A stretch of 64,000 nucleotides of DNA from Mobula hypostoma (lineage: Eukaryota). Numbering within the stretch: position 1 is the first letter of the stretch; each line of letters opens with the position of its first letter. The translations under genes were made by a program, and so were the position numbers. The stretch covers positions 246,452,001 through 246,516,000 of the forward strand of contig NC_086097.1 of NCBI RefSeq assembly GCF_963921235.1, read 5' to 3'. Under the pieces are notes generated by a model, which saw only the letters and a list, made by a program, of their open reading frames with translations, was not told the DNA's origin and did no database searches. Positions 24,660-38,436 of this stretch are shown here, piece by piece.

Positions 24660-25963
24660 CTCAGCAAGGACCTGGACCAATTGCATTTTGCCTAACACCA
24701 CAATAAGTCAATGGCAGACACAATCTCAACGGCTCTCCACACGGCTTTAGACCACCTGGACAACACAAACACCAATGTCAGGATGCTGTTCATCAACTAT
24801 AGCTCAGCATTTAATACCATCATTCCCACAATCCTGATTGAGAAGTTGCAGAACCTGGGCCTCTGTTCCTCCCTCTGCAATTAGATCCTTGACTTCCTAA
24901 CCGGAAGACCACAATCTGTGCAGATTGGTGATAACATATCCTCCTCGTTTACAATCAATACTGGCGCACTTCAGGGGTGTGTGCTTAGTCCACTGCTCTA
25001 CTCTCTATATACATATGACTGTGTGGCTAGACATAGCTCAAATATCATCAATAAATTTGCTGACAATACAACCATTGTTGGTAGAATCTCAGGTGGTGAG
25101 CAGAGGGCGTACAGAAGTGAGATATGCCAACTAGTGGAATGGTGCTGCAGCAACAACCTGGCACTCAACGTCAGTAAGACGAAAGAGCTGATTGTGGACT
25201 TCAGGAAGGGTAAGATGAAGGAAAATATACCAATCCTCGTAGAGGGATCAGAAATGGAGAGAGTGAGCAGTTTCAAGTTCCTGGGTGTCAAGATCTCTGA
25301 GGATCTAACCTGGTCCCAACATATTGATGTAGTTATAAAGAAGGCAAGACAGCGGCTATACTTCATTAGGAGTTTGAAGCGATTTGGCATGTCAACAAAT
25401 ACACTCAAGAACTTCTATAGTTGTACTGTGAAGAGCATGCTGACAGGCTGCATCACTGTCTGGTATGGAGGGTGGGAGGCCTACTGCACAGGACTGAAAG
25501 AAGCTGCAGAAGGTTGTAAATCTAGTCAGCTCCATCTTGGGTACTAGCCTACAAAGTACCCAGGACATCTTCAGGGAGCAGTGTCTCAGAAAGGCAGCGT
25601 CCATTATAAAGGACCTCCAGCACCCAGGGCATGCCCTTTTCTCATTGTTACCATCAGGTAGGAGATACAGAAGCCTGAAGACACACACTCAGCGATTCAA
25701 GAACAGCTTCTTCCCTCCTGCCATCCGATTCCTAAATAGACATTGAACCCTTGGACGCTACCTCACTTTTTTAATATACAGTATTTCTGTTTTTTGCACA
25801 TTTTTTAATCTATTCAATATATGTATAGTGCAATTTATTTAATTATTATAATATTATTTTTATTTTTTTCTCTTCTATATTATGTACTGCATTGAACCGC
25901 TGCTGTTAAGTTAACAAATTTCATGTCACATGCCGGTGATAATAAACCTGATTCTGATTCTGA
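24660..25963 (+). mobile_element. 5'-truncated Rex1/Babar-clade LINE (RT pseudogene plus 3' UTR)
   Basis: [64 protein letters not shown]; (GATTCT)n tail. Confidence 0.92.
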
Positions 25964-26711
25964 TATGGATTTCAATGTTTCAGAGAAGTTTAGGTAGGTA
26001 CATGGATGACGGTATACGGGTATAGAGGGCTCTGGTCCCAATCAGCTAATGGGAGTAGGCAGTTTAAATAGTTCAGCACAGACATGATGGGCCAAAAGCC
26101 CTGTTTCTGTGCTATACTTGTCTATGACTCAGTTATAAATCAGTTATGATCAAGTGGCAGGGCAGACTCAATGGGTTGAATGGCTTAATTCGACTCCCTT
26201 GTCTTATGGACTGTGCCTCTTATCCATCAATCCCTATCTTGAATATACTCAGTGATTAAGCCATTGCTGAGGAGGCAATGACTATATTGTGACTTGACTC
26301 TGTGCCTGAAGTAGATATTGGTTTGAAGGAATTTAAGTCTTTAGCCTCAAGTTGTGCTTTCATATATTAATTGTTGTCGTGCACCAAAGAAGCAGATTAA
26401 ATGTTCAAAGTAGGAGGGAAAGAAAGGCTGATCAGTAAGTGGAGCATTGAACTTGGTCATGAGAGTAGCAGGAGTCAGCGAATTCACAATCTGATGGTAT
26501 TTCAGCTCAGACCACAGTATGAGCACTGCTTCTAATTCTGGACAATGCAATACAAGCGAGACCTCAGGAAAAGAGCGGAGAAAAGTCGTATGGCTCATCT
26601 CAAATGTACAAGGTTAAAGGAATAGAAAGAGAAGGGAAATAGATCTCTCAGTCTGCAGGAGAATTTGTTTCAGAAAACTTAATGAACCAACTGCAAGATT
26701 AGAAAAAGACG

Positions 26712-26882
26712 TGGCAGGGTAGCATAGCGATCAGCATAACACTATACAGTGCTTGCTGTAAGATCAGGATTCAGTTCCCGCTGCTGCCTATAAGCAGCCT
26801 GCGCATTCTTCCTGTAATCATGTGGGTTTCCTCTGGGCACTCTGGGTTCCTCCCACATTCCAAAGATGTATGGTTAGGGTTG
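26712..26882 (+). mobile_element. V-SINE
   Basis: tRNA-like head and V-domain. Confidence 0.7.
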
Positions 26883-26919
26883 AATAAATGGCCTAACTCT
26901 GCTCGTATGTCTTATAGAG

Positions 26920-27002
26920 TAGGGGTTCCCAATCTTTTTATTAATACAATGGACCCCTAACATTAACCAAGGGGTCCACGGACCCAAGGTTGGGAACTCC
27001 TG
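26920..27002. mobile_element. About 83-bp hAT-like MITE
   Basis: TIRs AGGGGTTCCCAA and TTGGGAACTCCT; reverse homolog of 38952-39029. Confidence 0.65.
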
Positions 27003-27144
27003 TGAGGGATAATGAATCACCCATGATGGAACAGTGGGACAAACTCAGTGGGCCAAATGGCCTAATTCTGTTCCTATGTCTTACGATCACGTGGATTAGA
27101 GAGTTGTGGGAAAGGCATCAGGTAAAAGTTACAAGAGCCTCAGG

Positions 27145-27510
27145 ACTTGGTGAAAGGCCTTGATGGAGTGGATGTGAAGGGGATGTTTCCTATGGTGGGA
27201 CAGTCGAAGACCATAAAACACAGCCTCAGAATAGAGGGGCATCCTTTTAGAATGGAGATAAGGAGGAATTTGTTTAGCCAGAGAGTGGTAAGTCTGTGGA
27301 ATTCTTTTCCACAGGCAGCTATGGAGGCCAAGCCTTTATGCATATTTAAGGCACAGGTTGATAGATTCTTGAGTAGTCAAAGCACGGAGGGATGCAGGGA
27401 GAAGGCAGGAGATTTGGGCTCAGAGGAAAATTGGATCAGCCATGATGAAATGACAGAGAGACTTGATGGGCCAAATGGCCTAATTCTGCTCCTATATCTT
27501 GTGGTCTTTT
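27145..27510 (+). mobile_element. CR1 3' fragment
   Basis: KGLDGVDV..FRMEIRRNLFSQRVVSLWNS. Confidence 0.85.
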
Positions 27511-27511
27511 G

Positions 27512-27850
27512 GACTCAAACCACCAAGTTCAAGAACAGCTAAAACCCCACAACCATCAGCCTCTTGAACAAAGGGATAACTATATTCACATGCCCATCCA
27601 CTGAGATGTTCCTACAACCAATGATCTCACTTTAAAGACTCTTTATCTTGTTATTTCACGTTCTCATTATTTATTGCTATTCATTTATGTTTGTATTTGC
27701 TCAGTTTGGTGTCTTCAGCACTCTAGTTGATCTTTCATTGATCCTATTATAGTTACTATCCTATAGATTTGCTGAGTATGCCTGCAGGAAAATGAATCTC
27801 AGGGTTGCATATGGTGACATATAGGTACTTTGAAAATTAATTTACTTTGA
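27512..27850 (+). mobile_element. Rex1/Babar 3' UTR fragment
   Basis: TKFKNS end and 3' UTR shared with 31975-32300 and 35370-35645. Confidence 0.7.
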
Positions 27851-28249
27851 AGCTTTGTTAGCTTCAGAAGCATGGCAATACTTACAGTCTGCCTACCACA
27901 ATCCATGCTGATTTGATGCAACTGTATGTTTCGATGTATATGTGACAAAAAATCTTTTAAAAGTGCTCGAATTATTTTCCCCTGAATTATCAGAGTAGAA
28001 CGAGGGACAAGATCTCAAAGCAGCAAAAAGCAAAAGTGAGATTAACATCAAGAAAATCCACTTTGCACCACAGTGATCAACTCCACAGGAGGGTAATCAA
28101 GGCCAATAATCTCATAAAAAGAAGTGCTAATCAGCCATAATCGAGAAGCATTTCTGCAAGTGGAAACCTCATTACTCTCCAAGGATTGGGTGCATACGGT
28201 TATCCAGTAAGATGGCAGTGACCTGCTGGATCCAACCAAAGGTGTAACT

Positions 28250-28982
28250 GTTCGTCTTTTACATCTCTTTCACACTCGCAAGACACTGCAGGATATTAAG
28301 AATATCAAGAACTGCAGGTCTACCCCACTAGTGAGTTGCTGAATAGCGAAGGAGCTGGACTTGTAGCGCACTGTGTTGCGGCCTCCTTCAGCCAGGAACT
28401 CGGTGCATGATCTACCGGAAGGCGCGGGTGATCGTCTGGGACCTTGTTAAACATTGGTAATATAGGATACTGCCCGTCTGATTCACTGGGGAGACTGATA
28501 GAGGAGGTGTTGCGTGGCCTCAGCTGTGGTGTGGACCAGGCCCTCGGGCTTCGGGACCGCTTGCTGCGGCCGCCGAGGAAGGAGATGCCGGAGTTGGTTA
28601 CGTGCCATTGGACTCCACACTGGTTTGACGGCTAGCCCCTCCCATTGCTGTTGCCCTCTAGTGCTCGCTCAGTAGAAGACAAGCTGGCTTGCATTTGTCT
28701 GCAGCAGGACTGCACATTATGAGGATCTGCTGTGGGCTATTGTTGCAGAAATTTGGCTCCAGTACAACATCCATGTACCATCAATCTACAGGCCATGACA
28801 CTCAGAGACTTGGGCTATATTAGTATTACTTTTTAATATTTTTTGTGTATGTATGTTTTTCTATTATCATAGTTTTATGTGTTGTGTGCTGAGTGTATTG
28901 TGATTTGCACCTTGGTCCAGAGGAACACCATTTCATTGGGCTATATTCATGTGTGGCTGAATGACAATTAAACTTGAACTTC
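28250..28982 (+). mobile_element. Probable internally deleted Rex1/Babar element (5' region and endonuclease start joined to a 3' UTR)
   Basis: Decayed SARSVEDKL...AEIWL-type endonuclease start at about 28640-28760; ends ATTAAACTTGAACTT. Confidence 0.5.
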
Positions 28983-29864
28983 AAGGTGATTAGCTCTATT
29001 TGTTGCATGTATATGCAAACATACAGTGAAATGTGTCGGTTTTTCGTCAACAACCGACACGATCCAAATATGTGCTGGAGGCAGCCTGCAAGTGTCGCCA
29101 TGCTTCTGGCACAAAACACAGCATGCCCACAACTCACTAACCCTAACTCGTCTGTCTTTGCAGTGTGGGAGGAAACCGGAGATCAACAGGCTTCTGAAAG
29201 CAAAGATCCAACCTGATCAGCAGATTGTGAATGGAGCAAGCATGGGAAAGGATCAACTTTATTCACCATGTACATTTACATGTATTAGGAATTTGCGTTG
29301 GGGGAGACAGGCAACAAAAAAACAACATACCACAATTATAAAGATTAAATAATTATACAAAAAAGTTGGTTAAATTATGAATATGTATAAATACATAAAT
29401 ACTACCATATATTTACAATGCAGACAGCATTATAGAAAGCAGTTTATAGTGTTTTCTGTGCAGTGCAAGGGCTGACGTTATAGAGGGGGGTGTGGGGAGC
29501 TAACTAGATGGTTGATCAGATTAACTGTTTGGGGAGAAACCTTTGAAGATGAGTGAATTTTTTGTTTTAGTAGTTCTATAGAGCTTTCTTTCAAAAGGGA
29601 ACTTTTGGAAAAGGCAGTTTCCCTGATGGGTTGGGTCTACGTTGATTTTTCCTGTCTGCTTCTTTATCCTGAACACATACAAGTCCTGCAGTGACAGTGT
29701 AGTGTAAAGCTTTTGTTTTAAAAGCCAAAAAAATGAGTACTTCAACACTACAAACATCATCTATGAACCAAGTAACCACCAGTAGATGGAAGGGCACACT
29801 AATATCCTCAATGCTACTGGCCAACACTGTACTGCACAGTTCTCTGACAATAATGGTTTAGTGT

Positions 29865-30652
29865 GAATCACAAACAAGAGAAAATCTGCAGACGCTGGAA
29901 ATCCAGAGCAACACACACAAAATGCTGGAGGAACTCAGCAGGCAGACAGCATCTATGGACAGAAGTACAGTCGATGTTTTGGGCTGAAACCCTTCGGCAG
30001 AAAAGGAGAAAAAAAGCTGAGGAATAGATTTAAACGATGAGGGGAGAGGGGAGAGAGAAACACAAGGTAATAGGTGAAACCTGGAGGGGGAGGGGTGAAG
30101 TAAAGAGCTGCGAAGTTGATTGGTGAAAGAGACAGGAGGCCATGGAAGAAAGAAAAGGTGGGGAGGAGCACCAGAGGGAGGCGATGGGTGGGCAAGGAGA
30201 TAGGTGAGAGAGGGAAAAGGGGATGGGAAATAGAGAGGGGGTGATGGTTGGGAGGCATTACCGGAAGTTTGAGAAATTGATGTTCATGCCATCAGGTTGG
30301 AGGGTAGCCAGAAGTAATATAAGGTGTTAGTCCACCAACTTAAGTGTGGCCTCATCACGACAGTGGAGGAGGCCATGGATGGACATATCGGAATGGGAAT
30401 GGGAAGTGGAATTAAAATGAGTGGCCACTGGGAGATCCCACTGGTTCTGGCAGACAGAGCATAGATGCTCAGTGAAGCGGTCTCCCAATCTGTGTCGGGT
30501 CTCACCGATGTACAGGAGGCAACACCGGGAGCACCAAACACAGTAAATGACCCCCAACAGACTCAGGTGAAGTGTTGCCTCACCTGGAAGGACTGTTTAG
30601 GGCCCTGAATGGTAGTGAGGGATAAGGTGTAGGGGCAGGTGTAACACTTGCC
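29865..30652 (-). mobile_element. Penelope-like 3' fragment with GIY-YIG endonuclease and a decayed hammerhead core (about 29969-30000)
   Basis: GVIYCVWCSRCCLLYIGETRHRLGDRFTEH. Confidence 0.9.
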
Positions 30653-30719
30653 CACCTATTGCCTCCCTCTGATGCTCCTCCCCTTTTTTCATTCTTCCAC
30701 GACCTTCTGTCTCTTTCAC

Positions 30720-30975
30720 CAATTTTAAGGTGATTGGAGGAAAGTTTAGGGGGGATAAGTTCTTTACACAGAGAGTGGTGGGTATGTGGAATGTGCTGCC
30801 AGATGTGATGGTAGAGGTAGGTACATTAGGTGCAATTATAAAACTCTTAGATAAGCACATGGATGATAGAAAAATGGAGGGTTATGTGGGAGGGAAGGGT
30901 TAGATTGATCTCAGAGTAGGTTACAATATCAGCACCATAGTTGACCGAAAGGACCTGTCTTGTGCTGTCGTGTTC
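30720..30975 (+). mobile_element. CR1 3' fragment
   Basis: Encodes FFTQRVVGMWN; 3' UTR. Confidence 0.75.
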
Positions 30976-31582
30976 TTTCAAAAATGCTGGAAGAACTGGT
31001 GTGTTAAAGAAATCTGAACCAAATAGCAAGATATAGGGCACAGGTTTTATCAATAAAGTTCCATGCTACATGGAGATTGGCCTCTCTTGTTGACTGTCGA
31101 TTGGAAAAGTATAAAAACAGTCCCTACGATAAAGTTACATCAGGTTAGTGGAGCACACTAAAAATCTGCCCCTAATGTTGCTCATAAATAATGTAATTTT
31201 CACAAGTGTTTCTGTGGTAATCTAAAACTAGCATAAAGTCATATGTGCAAATATCACAACTTCTTCATGAAATAGCAAGTATTTATTTTTCTTCAGAAGA
31301 CGGTTTCCATACTTTGATTTAGAAATTCAACTGTTAGTTTATTTTTCACGAATGTCACACAGCCTATTTTTGTATAAACATACTGTGAACTACAGAACTG
31401 CTGTACTGCAGAAAAATGTATCACACTGAGAAAAATAACTCATTCCTGCCTGGTTAGAAGCTTTATTCTGTAATTAATTTTAGGAACCACGTTTCCCCCT
31501 TATGCGATGTTTTCTAACAAAAATATCTGGGTAATAATAACTTTATTGTTGAAATCAAGAATCTGCCTCCTTTATTCCCAAT

Positions 31583-31960
31583 TCATAGAACATAGAACTG
31601 TACAGCACAGTACAGGCCCTTCAAATGTTCTGCCGACATCTTAACCTACTCTAAGATCAATCTAACCCTTCCCTCCTATATAGCCCTCCAGTTTTCTACC
31701 ATCTATCTGCCTACCTAAGAGTTTCTTAAATATCCCTAATGTATCTACCCTCAGCACTACCCTTGGTAGGGTGTTCCACGCACCCACCACTCTCTGTGTT
31801 ATGAACATACCTCTGACATCCCCACTATACGTTCCTCTAATCACCGTAAAATTTTGCCCCATTGTATTAGCTATTTCTGCTCTGGGAAAAAGTTTCTGGC
31901 TGTACCTCTTGTCATCTTGTACAACTCTGTCAAATCGCCTCTCATCCCCCTTCCCTCCAA
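31583..31960 (-). mobile_element. CR1 3' fragment
   Basis: ITQRVVGAWN peptide; (TTCTATG)n tail. Confidence 0.8.
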
Positions 31961-31974
31961 AGAGAGAGAAAAAA

Positions 31975-32782
31975 GTTCAAAGTAAAACTTATTATCAGAG
32001 TACATACACATCACCAATATAATCCTTTAATCCTGAGATTCCTTTTCTTGCGGACTTAACTCAGCAAATCTATAGAACAGTAACTGTAAACAGGATCAAT
32101 GAAAGAGCAAGAGCATTAAATGCATCAAACTGTGCAAATGCAAATATAAATAAGTAACAATAAATAATGAGAGCATGAAATAACAAGATAAAGAGTCCGT
32201 AAAGTGAGATCATTGGTTGTGGGAACATCTCAGTAGATGAGTGTAATTATCCTCTTTTGTTCAAGAGCCTGATGGTTGAGGGGTAGTAACTGTTCTTGAA
32301 CTTGTTGGTGAGAGTCCTGGGGTACCTGCACCTTCTTCCTGATGGCAGCAGTGAGAAAGGAGCATGGCCTGGGTATCTCTGATGATGAATGCTGCTTTCC
32401 TGGCAGTGTTTCATGTGGAAGTGCTCAATGGTTGTGAGGGTTTTACCCGTGATGTACTGGGCTGAATCTACTACCTTTTGTATGATGTTCCATTTGAAGG
32501 CATTGGTGTTTCCACACCAGTCTGTAATGCAGCCTGTCAGCCCACTTTCTGATGCATATCTATAGAAGCTTGTCACGATTTTTGATGACATGTCGAATCT
32601 CCGCAGAATCCTGACTAAGTAGAGGCACTGTCATGCTTTCTTTGCAATTACATTTATATGATGAGTCCAGAACAGGTCGTCTGAGATAGTGACACCCAGG
32701 TTACTGACCCTCTCCACCTCTGATCCTCAGGGAATACTGGCTCATGGACCTCTGCTTTCCCTCTCCTGAAGTCTACAATCCC
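31975..32782 (-). mobile_element. Rex1/Babar 3' fragment
   Basis: LTGCITDW..PGHAPFSLLPSGRR..KFKNSYYP. Confidence 0.85.
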
Positions 32783-33894
32783 CAGCTCGCTCAACCTATC
32801 AACGGCCATTTTTTAAAATAAAGATAAAAGGCTAAACTAAGAGATTCTGCAGATACTGGAAATCCAGAGTATCATTCACAAAATGCTGGAGGATCTCATC
32901 AGAGCAGACAGTATCTAAGGAGAAGAATAAATAATCAACATTTTGGGCCAGACCATTCATCAGGACTGGAAAGGAAGGCCAATCAATTAAATTCATACAC
33001 CAAAGCATCATCAGCACCTTAGTTTATTAGATGATTTTTTAAATATTGGACTATTCTATTCATGGTAACTAATGGATTACTATGCATTTGTGTAACCAAA
33101 TGATACATAGAGATCAAACTCAGCAGAATTTCACTACTGTGGAAATTCAAAATCAAAGACAAGGATTTCACCTAGTAGTCCTCATTCACAATTTAATTTT
33201 CTGATATAACTGTGAATAAATTAATTTTGAACCATTTACATAAGGTACACCTGCTTATTAATGCAAATATTTAATCAGCCAATCATGTAGCAGCAACTCA
33301 ATGCATAAAAGCATGGAGACATGGTCAAGAGGTTCAGTTGTTCTTCAGACCAAACATCAGAATGGGGAAGAAATGTCATCTAAGCGACTTTGACAGTGGA
33401 ATGAGTGTTGGTGCCAGAGGGGGTGGGCTTGAGTATCTCACAAACTGTTGATCTCCTGGGATTTTCATGCATAAGTCTCTAAAGTTTACAGAGAATGGTG
33501 CAAATAAAAACCCCAAAAAAATGCAGTAAATTGGAGTTCTGAGTATCAAAATGTTTTGTTAATGAGAGTGGTCTGAGGAGAATGGCCAGACTGGTTCAAG
33601 CTGACAGGAAGGTGACAGTAACTCAAATAACCACAGTGGTGTGTAGAAGAGCAACTCCGAATGCACAAAACCAAAAAAAATGGGATGAGAGGTGGAAAGG
33701 GTCAGTAACTTCAAATTCCTTGGTCCTCCACAAACCGGGTCAACACGTTGACATCGTGTGGAAGTGATGCCAACTCAGGGCCACCCATGTTGGAATGGCT
33801 GTGGACGAGATGCCAGACAAAGATCGATCTAATCCCGGCTCCTGAACGGACAAACTCATGGCTGCCACTCCAGAGCCATGACATATGAAACAAC

Positions 33895-35645
33895 AATTCC
33901 TGGTGGCACTATCTCAGATGACCTGTCTTGGAACCATCATATAAATATAATTACAAAGAAAGCACAACAGAACCTCTACTTCCTCAGGAGTCTGTGCAAG
34001 TTCGGCATGTCATTGATTGCAAACCTTGGCAAACTGCTATAGATGTGTATAAACAATTGGATAACCCAATAGTTAAACATACTTTATGTAATATGGTTTC
34101 AATTTCAAAAATTTTTTGTGTTGAACCAATTTATTTTAGCAAGTCCTATTACATCTAATTTATTTTTTCAACCCTCCACTCTGGATCAAGCATATTTGAA
34201 TTGGAAAATGAAAGGTATAGTACGATTTTGCGATCTTTTTTCGGATAATTGTTTTACGTCCTTTGAACAATTATCTAATAAATATAATCTGCCTAGATCT
34301 CACTTTTTTAGATATTTACAGGTTAGAAATTTTTTAAATACTGTTTCTTCTAATTTTCTGAATTTATACTCAATGGATATTTTGGAAAAAATTTTAGATT
34401 TAAATCCTTTTCAGAAAGGTGTTATAGCAATTATTTATAATACAATTATGAATATATGTCCTGATGTATCTAATAAAATTAAGGCTGATTGGGAAAGAGA
34501 ACTTAAAATCATTGTACCGATTGAAAAATGGGGAAAAAAATTCTTCAGTTAGTTAATTCATCCTCTATATGTGATAAACATGAATTGGAAAGAGATTAAT
34601 CCTCCTACTACATTTCATTGGTTCTCTCAAACTAGGTTGTGTTTAAATTTGGAAAAAATTAGAAGTGTTGTTTATGATCCCTCTATTAAATTCGAAAAGA
34701 CCTGGAGGCCATTTATTCAACATTTTCATATGATGTAATTTGACCTTTTCCAAACATTCTATTTCTTTGTAATATTTGTTGAGAGGAACGGAGTCGTCGA
34801 CATTAATGCTTTTTTTGAATGATGTTACATAACAGCCCATGTCTTTTTTTTAGTTTAGTTGATTAATACTGTTTAGGTTAGTGTTTGGGGGGGGGGTATA
34901 GTTTTTTTTTCCTTTTTCATGATTTTTTTTAGATATTTCTCTTTGTTTTATATTGTTCATCTGTATCCTGTATGATTGGGAGTTTTAACATTTAAGTGTC
35001 AACTGGGTTTATATTTAACTATGTCAATTATAACAATGTATTCCCAATAACTTTGTATCATTATTATGTCATGTGTATTATTATGAAACTAATAAAAAGA
35101 TTGAAACAGGAAAAAAAGGTGTGTGGTGGAAAGAGTGCTCACTGGCTGCATTATGCCTGGTGTGGGAACACCAATGTCTCTGAGCAGATAATCCTACAAA
35201 AGGTAGTGGATTCGACCCAGTACATCACAGGTTAAAATCCTCCCAACCAATGAGCACATCCACATGAAACACTGCTGTAGAAAAGCAACAACCATCATCA
35301 AAGATCCTCACCACCCACGCTTGCTCTTTACTGACTGTTGCCATTAGGTAGAAGGTACTTCAGGACTCGCAACACTAGGTTCAAGAACAGTGACTACTCC
35401 TCAACCATCAGGCTCTTGAACAAAAGGGGATGACTACACTCATTTAAGGACTAATTTAAGAACCATGTTATATTGTTATTTCATGCTCATTATTTATTGC
35501 TATTTATTTATATCTGCATTTGCACAGTTTGTTTACAGTTACTGTTCTATAGATTTGCTAACTATGCCCACAGAAAAAGAATAAGAGGGTTGTATGTGGT
35601 GACATGTATGTACTCTGATAAAAAGTTTTACTTTGAATTTTGAAA
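33895..35645 (+). mobile_element. Rex1/Babar fragment (33895-34048 and 35117-35645) split by L1
   Basis: ISDDLSW-type motif before the insert, LTGCI after it, then 3' UTR. Confidence 0.78.
34049..35117 (+). mobile_element. L1-clade LINE ORF2 C-terminal fragment plus 3' UTR
   Basis: WKMKGIVRFCDLF..SFEQLSNKYNL..HFFRYLQVR; AATAAA at 35091 and A-rich tail; flanking AG(A/G)TGTGT duplication. Confidence 0.85.
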
Positions 35646-35887
35646 CATTGAAACTTGAAGTGGATGGGTTACACCAACAGAAGGCCACTTCATTAGGTGC
35701 AGGAGGTACCTAATCAAGTGGCCACTGAGTGAATTTATCACAAAGGTTACACCCACATAAGGCTGGAGGAGTTCAGCAAGGGCACCCAATGAATGGCCTT
35801 GGCCCAAAACATTGACTATTTATTACCCACCATAGATGTTTCTGACCTGCTGAGATCCTCAAGGATTTTGTATGTGCTACTCTGGCT

Positions 35888-36262
35888 TGAGGAATGGGGT
35901 GTGACCTCACTGAAACCTATGGAATGTTGAAAGGCCTCAAAAGAGTGGATGTGAAGAGGATGATTCCTGTGGTGGGGGAATCTAAGACCAGAGGGCACAA
36001 ACTCAGAATAGAAGGGTGTCATTTAGAATGGAGATAAGGGAGAATTTCTTTAGCCAGAGAGCATTGAATCTGTGGAATTTGATGCCACAGACTGCTGTAA
36101 AGGCTAAGTCACTGAGTATGTTTAAGGCAGAGGTTGATAGATTCTTGATTTGTCAGGGCATGAAGGGACATGGACAGAAAGCAGGAGATTGGGGCTGAGA
36201 GGGATATGTATCAGCCACGGTGAAATGGTGCAGCCAAATTCTGCTCCTATGGTCTTATGGTC
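35888..36262 (+). mobile_element. CR1 3' fragment
   Basis: FRMEIRENFFSQRALNLWN. Confidence 0.8.
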
Positions 36263-36847
36263 TCACTTCCAGCAGCTGCAGAATCTCCTGTGTCTCTCAA
36301 AAATGTCATCCAACATACATCATCAATGAAGGTTTGATACTAAATATAAAAAGGTGATAATAAATTACTTAAATCCATTGCTTGTTAATCATTCTTTCAA
36401 TATGTCACAAGGAACTTTATCAAAGGTTTAGAGACATTTGCAGACTTGTTCCTTTAGCAACTAATAATCCAAATTATATGAAAATCTTTGTATTGTTATA
36501 GTTTTCAATAACCAAGCAACACTGGAAGGTTTGTGTCTTTTACTAAAATAATCCTTTGAAATTCCATACATTTTTATAACAGCATATCTCCAGGACTAAT
36601 GCATTAAATGATTTCTTTATAAATCCTTTAAATAACTGAAATGCCTCTGCAAATGCACGCCTTGTTCTCTCACAGCTACTCCATTTTTTTTAACATACCT
36701 ATAATCAGAACCTCCAGATAAATCCTCTGAACGTTATCCATGACTGCTATTCTCAGTCTGAAAGTTAAGCTTGTCTGGAACAACTTATCAGAAGAACTCT
36801 CTGTAGCCCAGATTTGCTTCCGGCGGGCAGTAACACGTTATCACCAA

Positions 36848-37240
36848 TAGAGTCATAGAATACTACAGCAAAGAAATAGGCCCTTCAGCTCATCTAGTCT
36901 GCGATTAACTCTTATTCTGCCTTGTCCCATTGACTCACATCTGGACCATATCTCTCCATACTCCTCCCATCCATGTATTTATATAGATTTCTCTTAAATA
37001 TTGAAATCGAACCTACATTCATCACTTCTACTGGCAGCTTGTTCCACATTATCATCACACTCTCAGTGAAGATGTTCCCCCTTAAATTGCACCGTTCACC
37101 CATAACCCATGACCTCTAGTTCTAGTCTCACCCAACCTCAGTGCAAAAAGGCTACTTGTGTTTACCCTGTCTATAGCCCTATGCTCCCATTATCCTATGC
37201 TCCAGGGAATAAAATTCCTAATCTATTCAACCTTTCTCAA
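36848..37240 (-). mobile_element. CR1 3' fragment
   Basis: LRGNIFTES..WNKLP; 3' motif. Confidence 0.75.
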
Positions 37241-37404
37241 TTCCTATTTGAATTTGGCAAATGTAATCCTGCTTTGTACAAGAGAAACTGCAGGTAAAGA
37301 TCTTTAGGTTGAGGAGCCTGTGGTATGAAACTATCATACATGATTTCACGATGGAATGTGTCGAAGTTAAAATCCTATATCTTATGATCTTATGGTCTTG
37401 TATT

Positions 37405-37665
37405 CACACTTTACAGTGCAGATGACTGGGTTCAATTCCAGCTACTGTCTGTAAGGTGTCTGTACGCTCTCCCTGTTACAGCGTGGGTTTCCTCCAGGTG
37501 CTTGAGTTTTCTCCTATAGTCCAAAGGTGTAACGGTTGGTAGGTTAATTGGTCATTGTAAATTCTCCCATAATTAGGCTAGGATTAAATCAGGGGATTGC
37601 TGGGCACCGTGGCTCGAAGGGACAGAATGGCTATACCCTGCTGAATATCAATAGATAAATAAATT
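37405..37665 (+). mobile_element. V-SINE with CR1-type tail
   Basis: B-box GGGTTCAATTCC, V-domain, GGCTCGAAGGG tail. Confidence 0.75.
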
Positions 37666-37864
37666 ACATGAGTCAGAGAATACATAATCCTCTCATGTTT
37701 GGCAGGAGAGAGTGGGAGAATCAGGGGACCTTTGACTGGCAAAGTAATTGGAATGTGGTCTTTGTCGGAGGACATACACAATACAGCACCAGCCCTGACT
37801 GAGCCACTGGTGCCTATTAGACAAAATCAAAGTCCAAAGTCCAGCCTTCTGGGATACTCATACT

Positions 37865-38345
37865 ATGACAGATTATGAAGACTAGCAAATGTGTACAGAT
37901 CTACAGTGGAGAGCACACTAGTTGCATCACCCCATTGGGATGGAGGCTCTAATGCACAGGATTGCAAGAGGCTGTAGAGAGTTATAAACTCAGACGGCTC
38001 CATCACAAGCGTGAACCTCCCACTATTGAGGACATCTTCTAAAGGCGTTGCCACAAGAAGGAGGTAATTATCATTAAGTACCCCCACCATCCAAGACATG
38101 CCCTCTTCTCATTCCTTCCATCAGGGAGAAGGTACAGGAGCCTGAAGACCCACACTCAACATTTTAGGAACAGCTTCTTGCCCTCCACCATCAGATTTCC
38201 GAATGGTCCATGAACACTATCTATCTTTTGTACTATTTATTTATTTATTTTTGTAACGTGTAGTAATATTTTTGCATTGTACTGCTGCTAATAAAGAAAA
38301 AAAAAATCACAACATACATGAGGGGAAATAAAGCTGATTCTGATA
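37865..38345 (+). mobile_element. Rex1/Babar 3' fragment
   Basis: Encodes an HPxHALFSFLPSGRRYRSLK-type motif; GATTCTGA tail. Confidence 0.78.
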
Positions 38346-38436
38346 CTGACCACAAACTTTACTCCATTATTGCCATTAGCCTGATCCCCAAAGTAACAGT
38401 GATAACAGGGGCAGCATTGTAGCAGATGATTTGGTG

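Larger units (their letters stand above)
33243..35731 (+). mobile_element. Tc1 remnant (33243-33680 and 35659-35731) interrupted by nested LINEs
   Basis: Encodes MGKKCHLSDFDSGMSVGAR; right TIR CCTAATCAAGTGGCCACTGAGTG. Confidence 0.8.
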
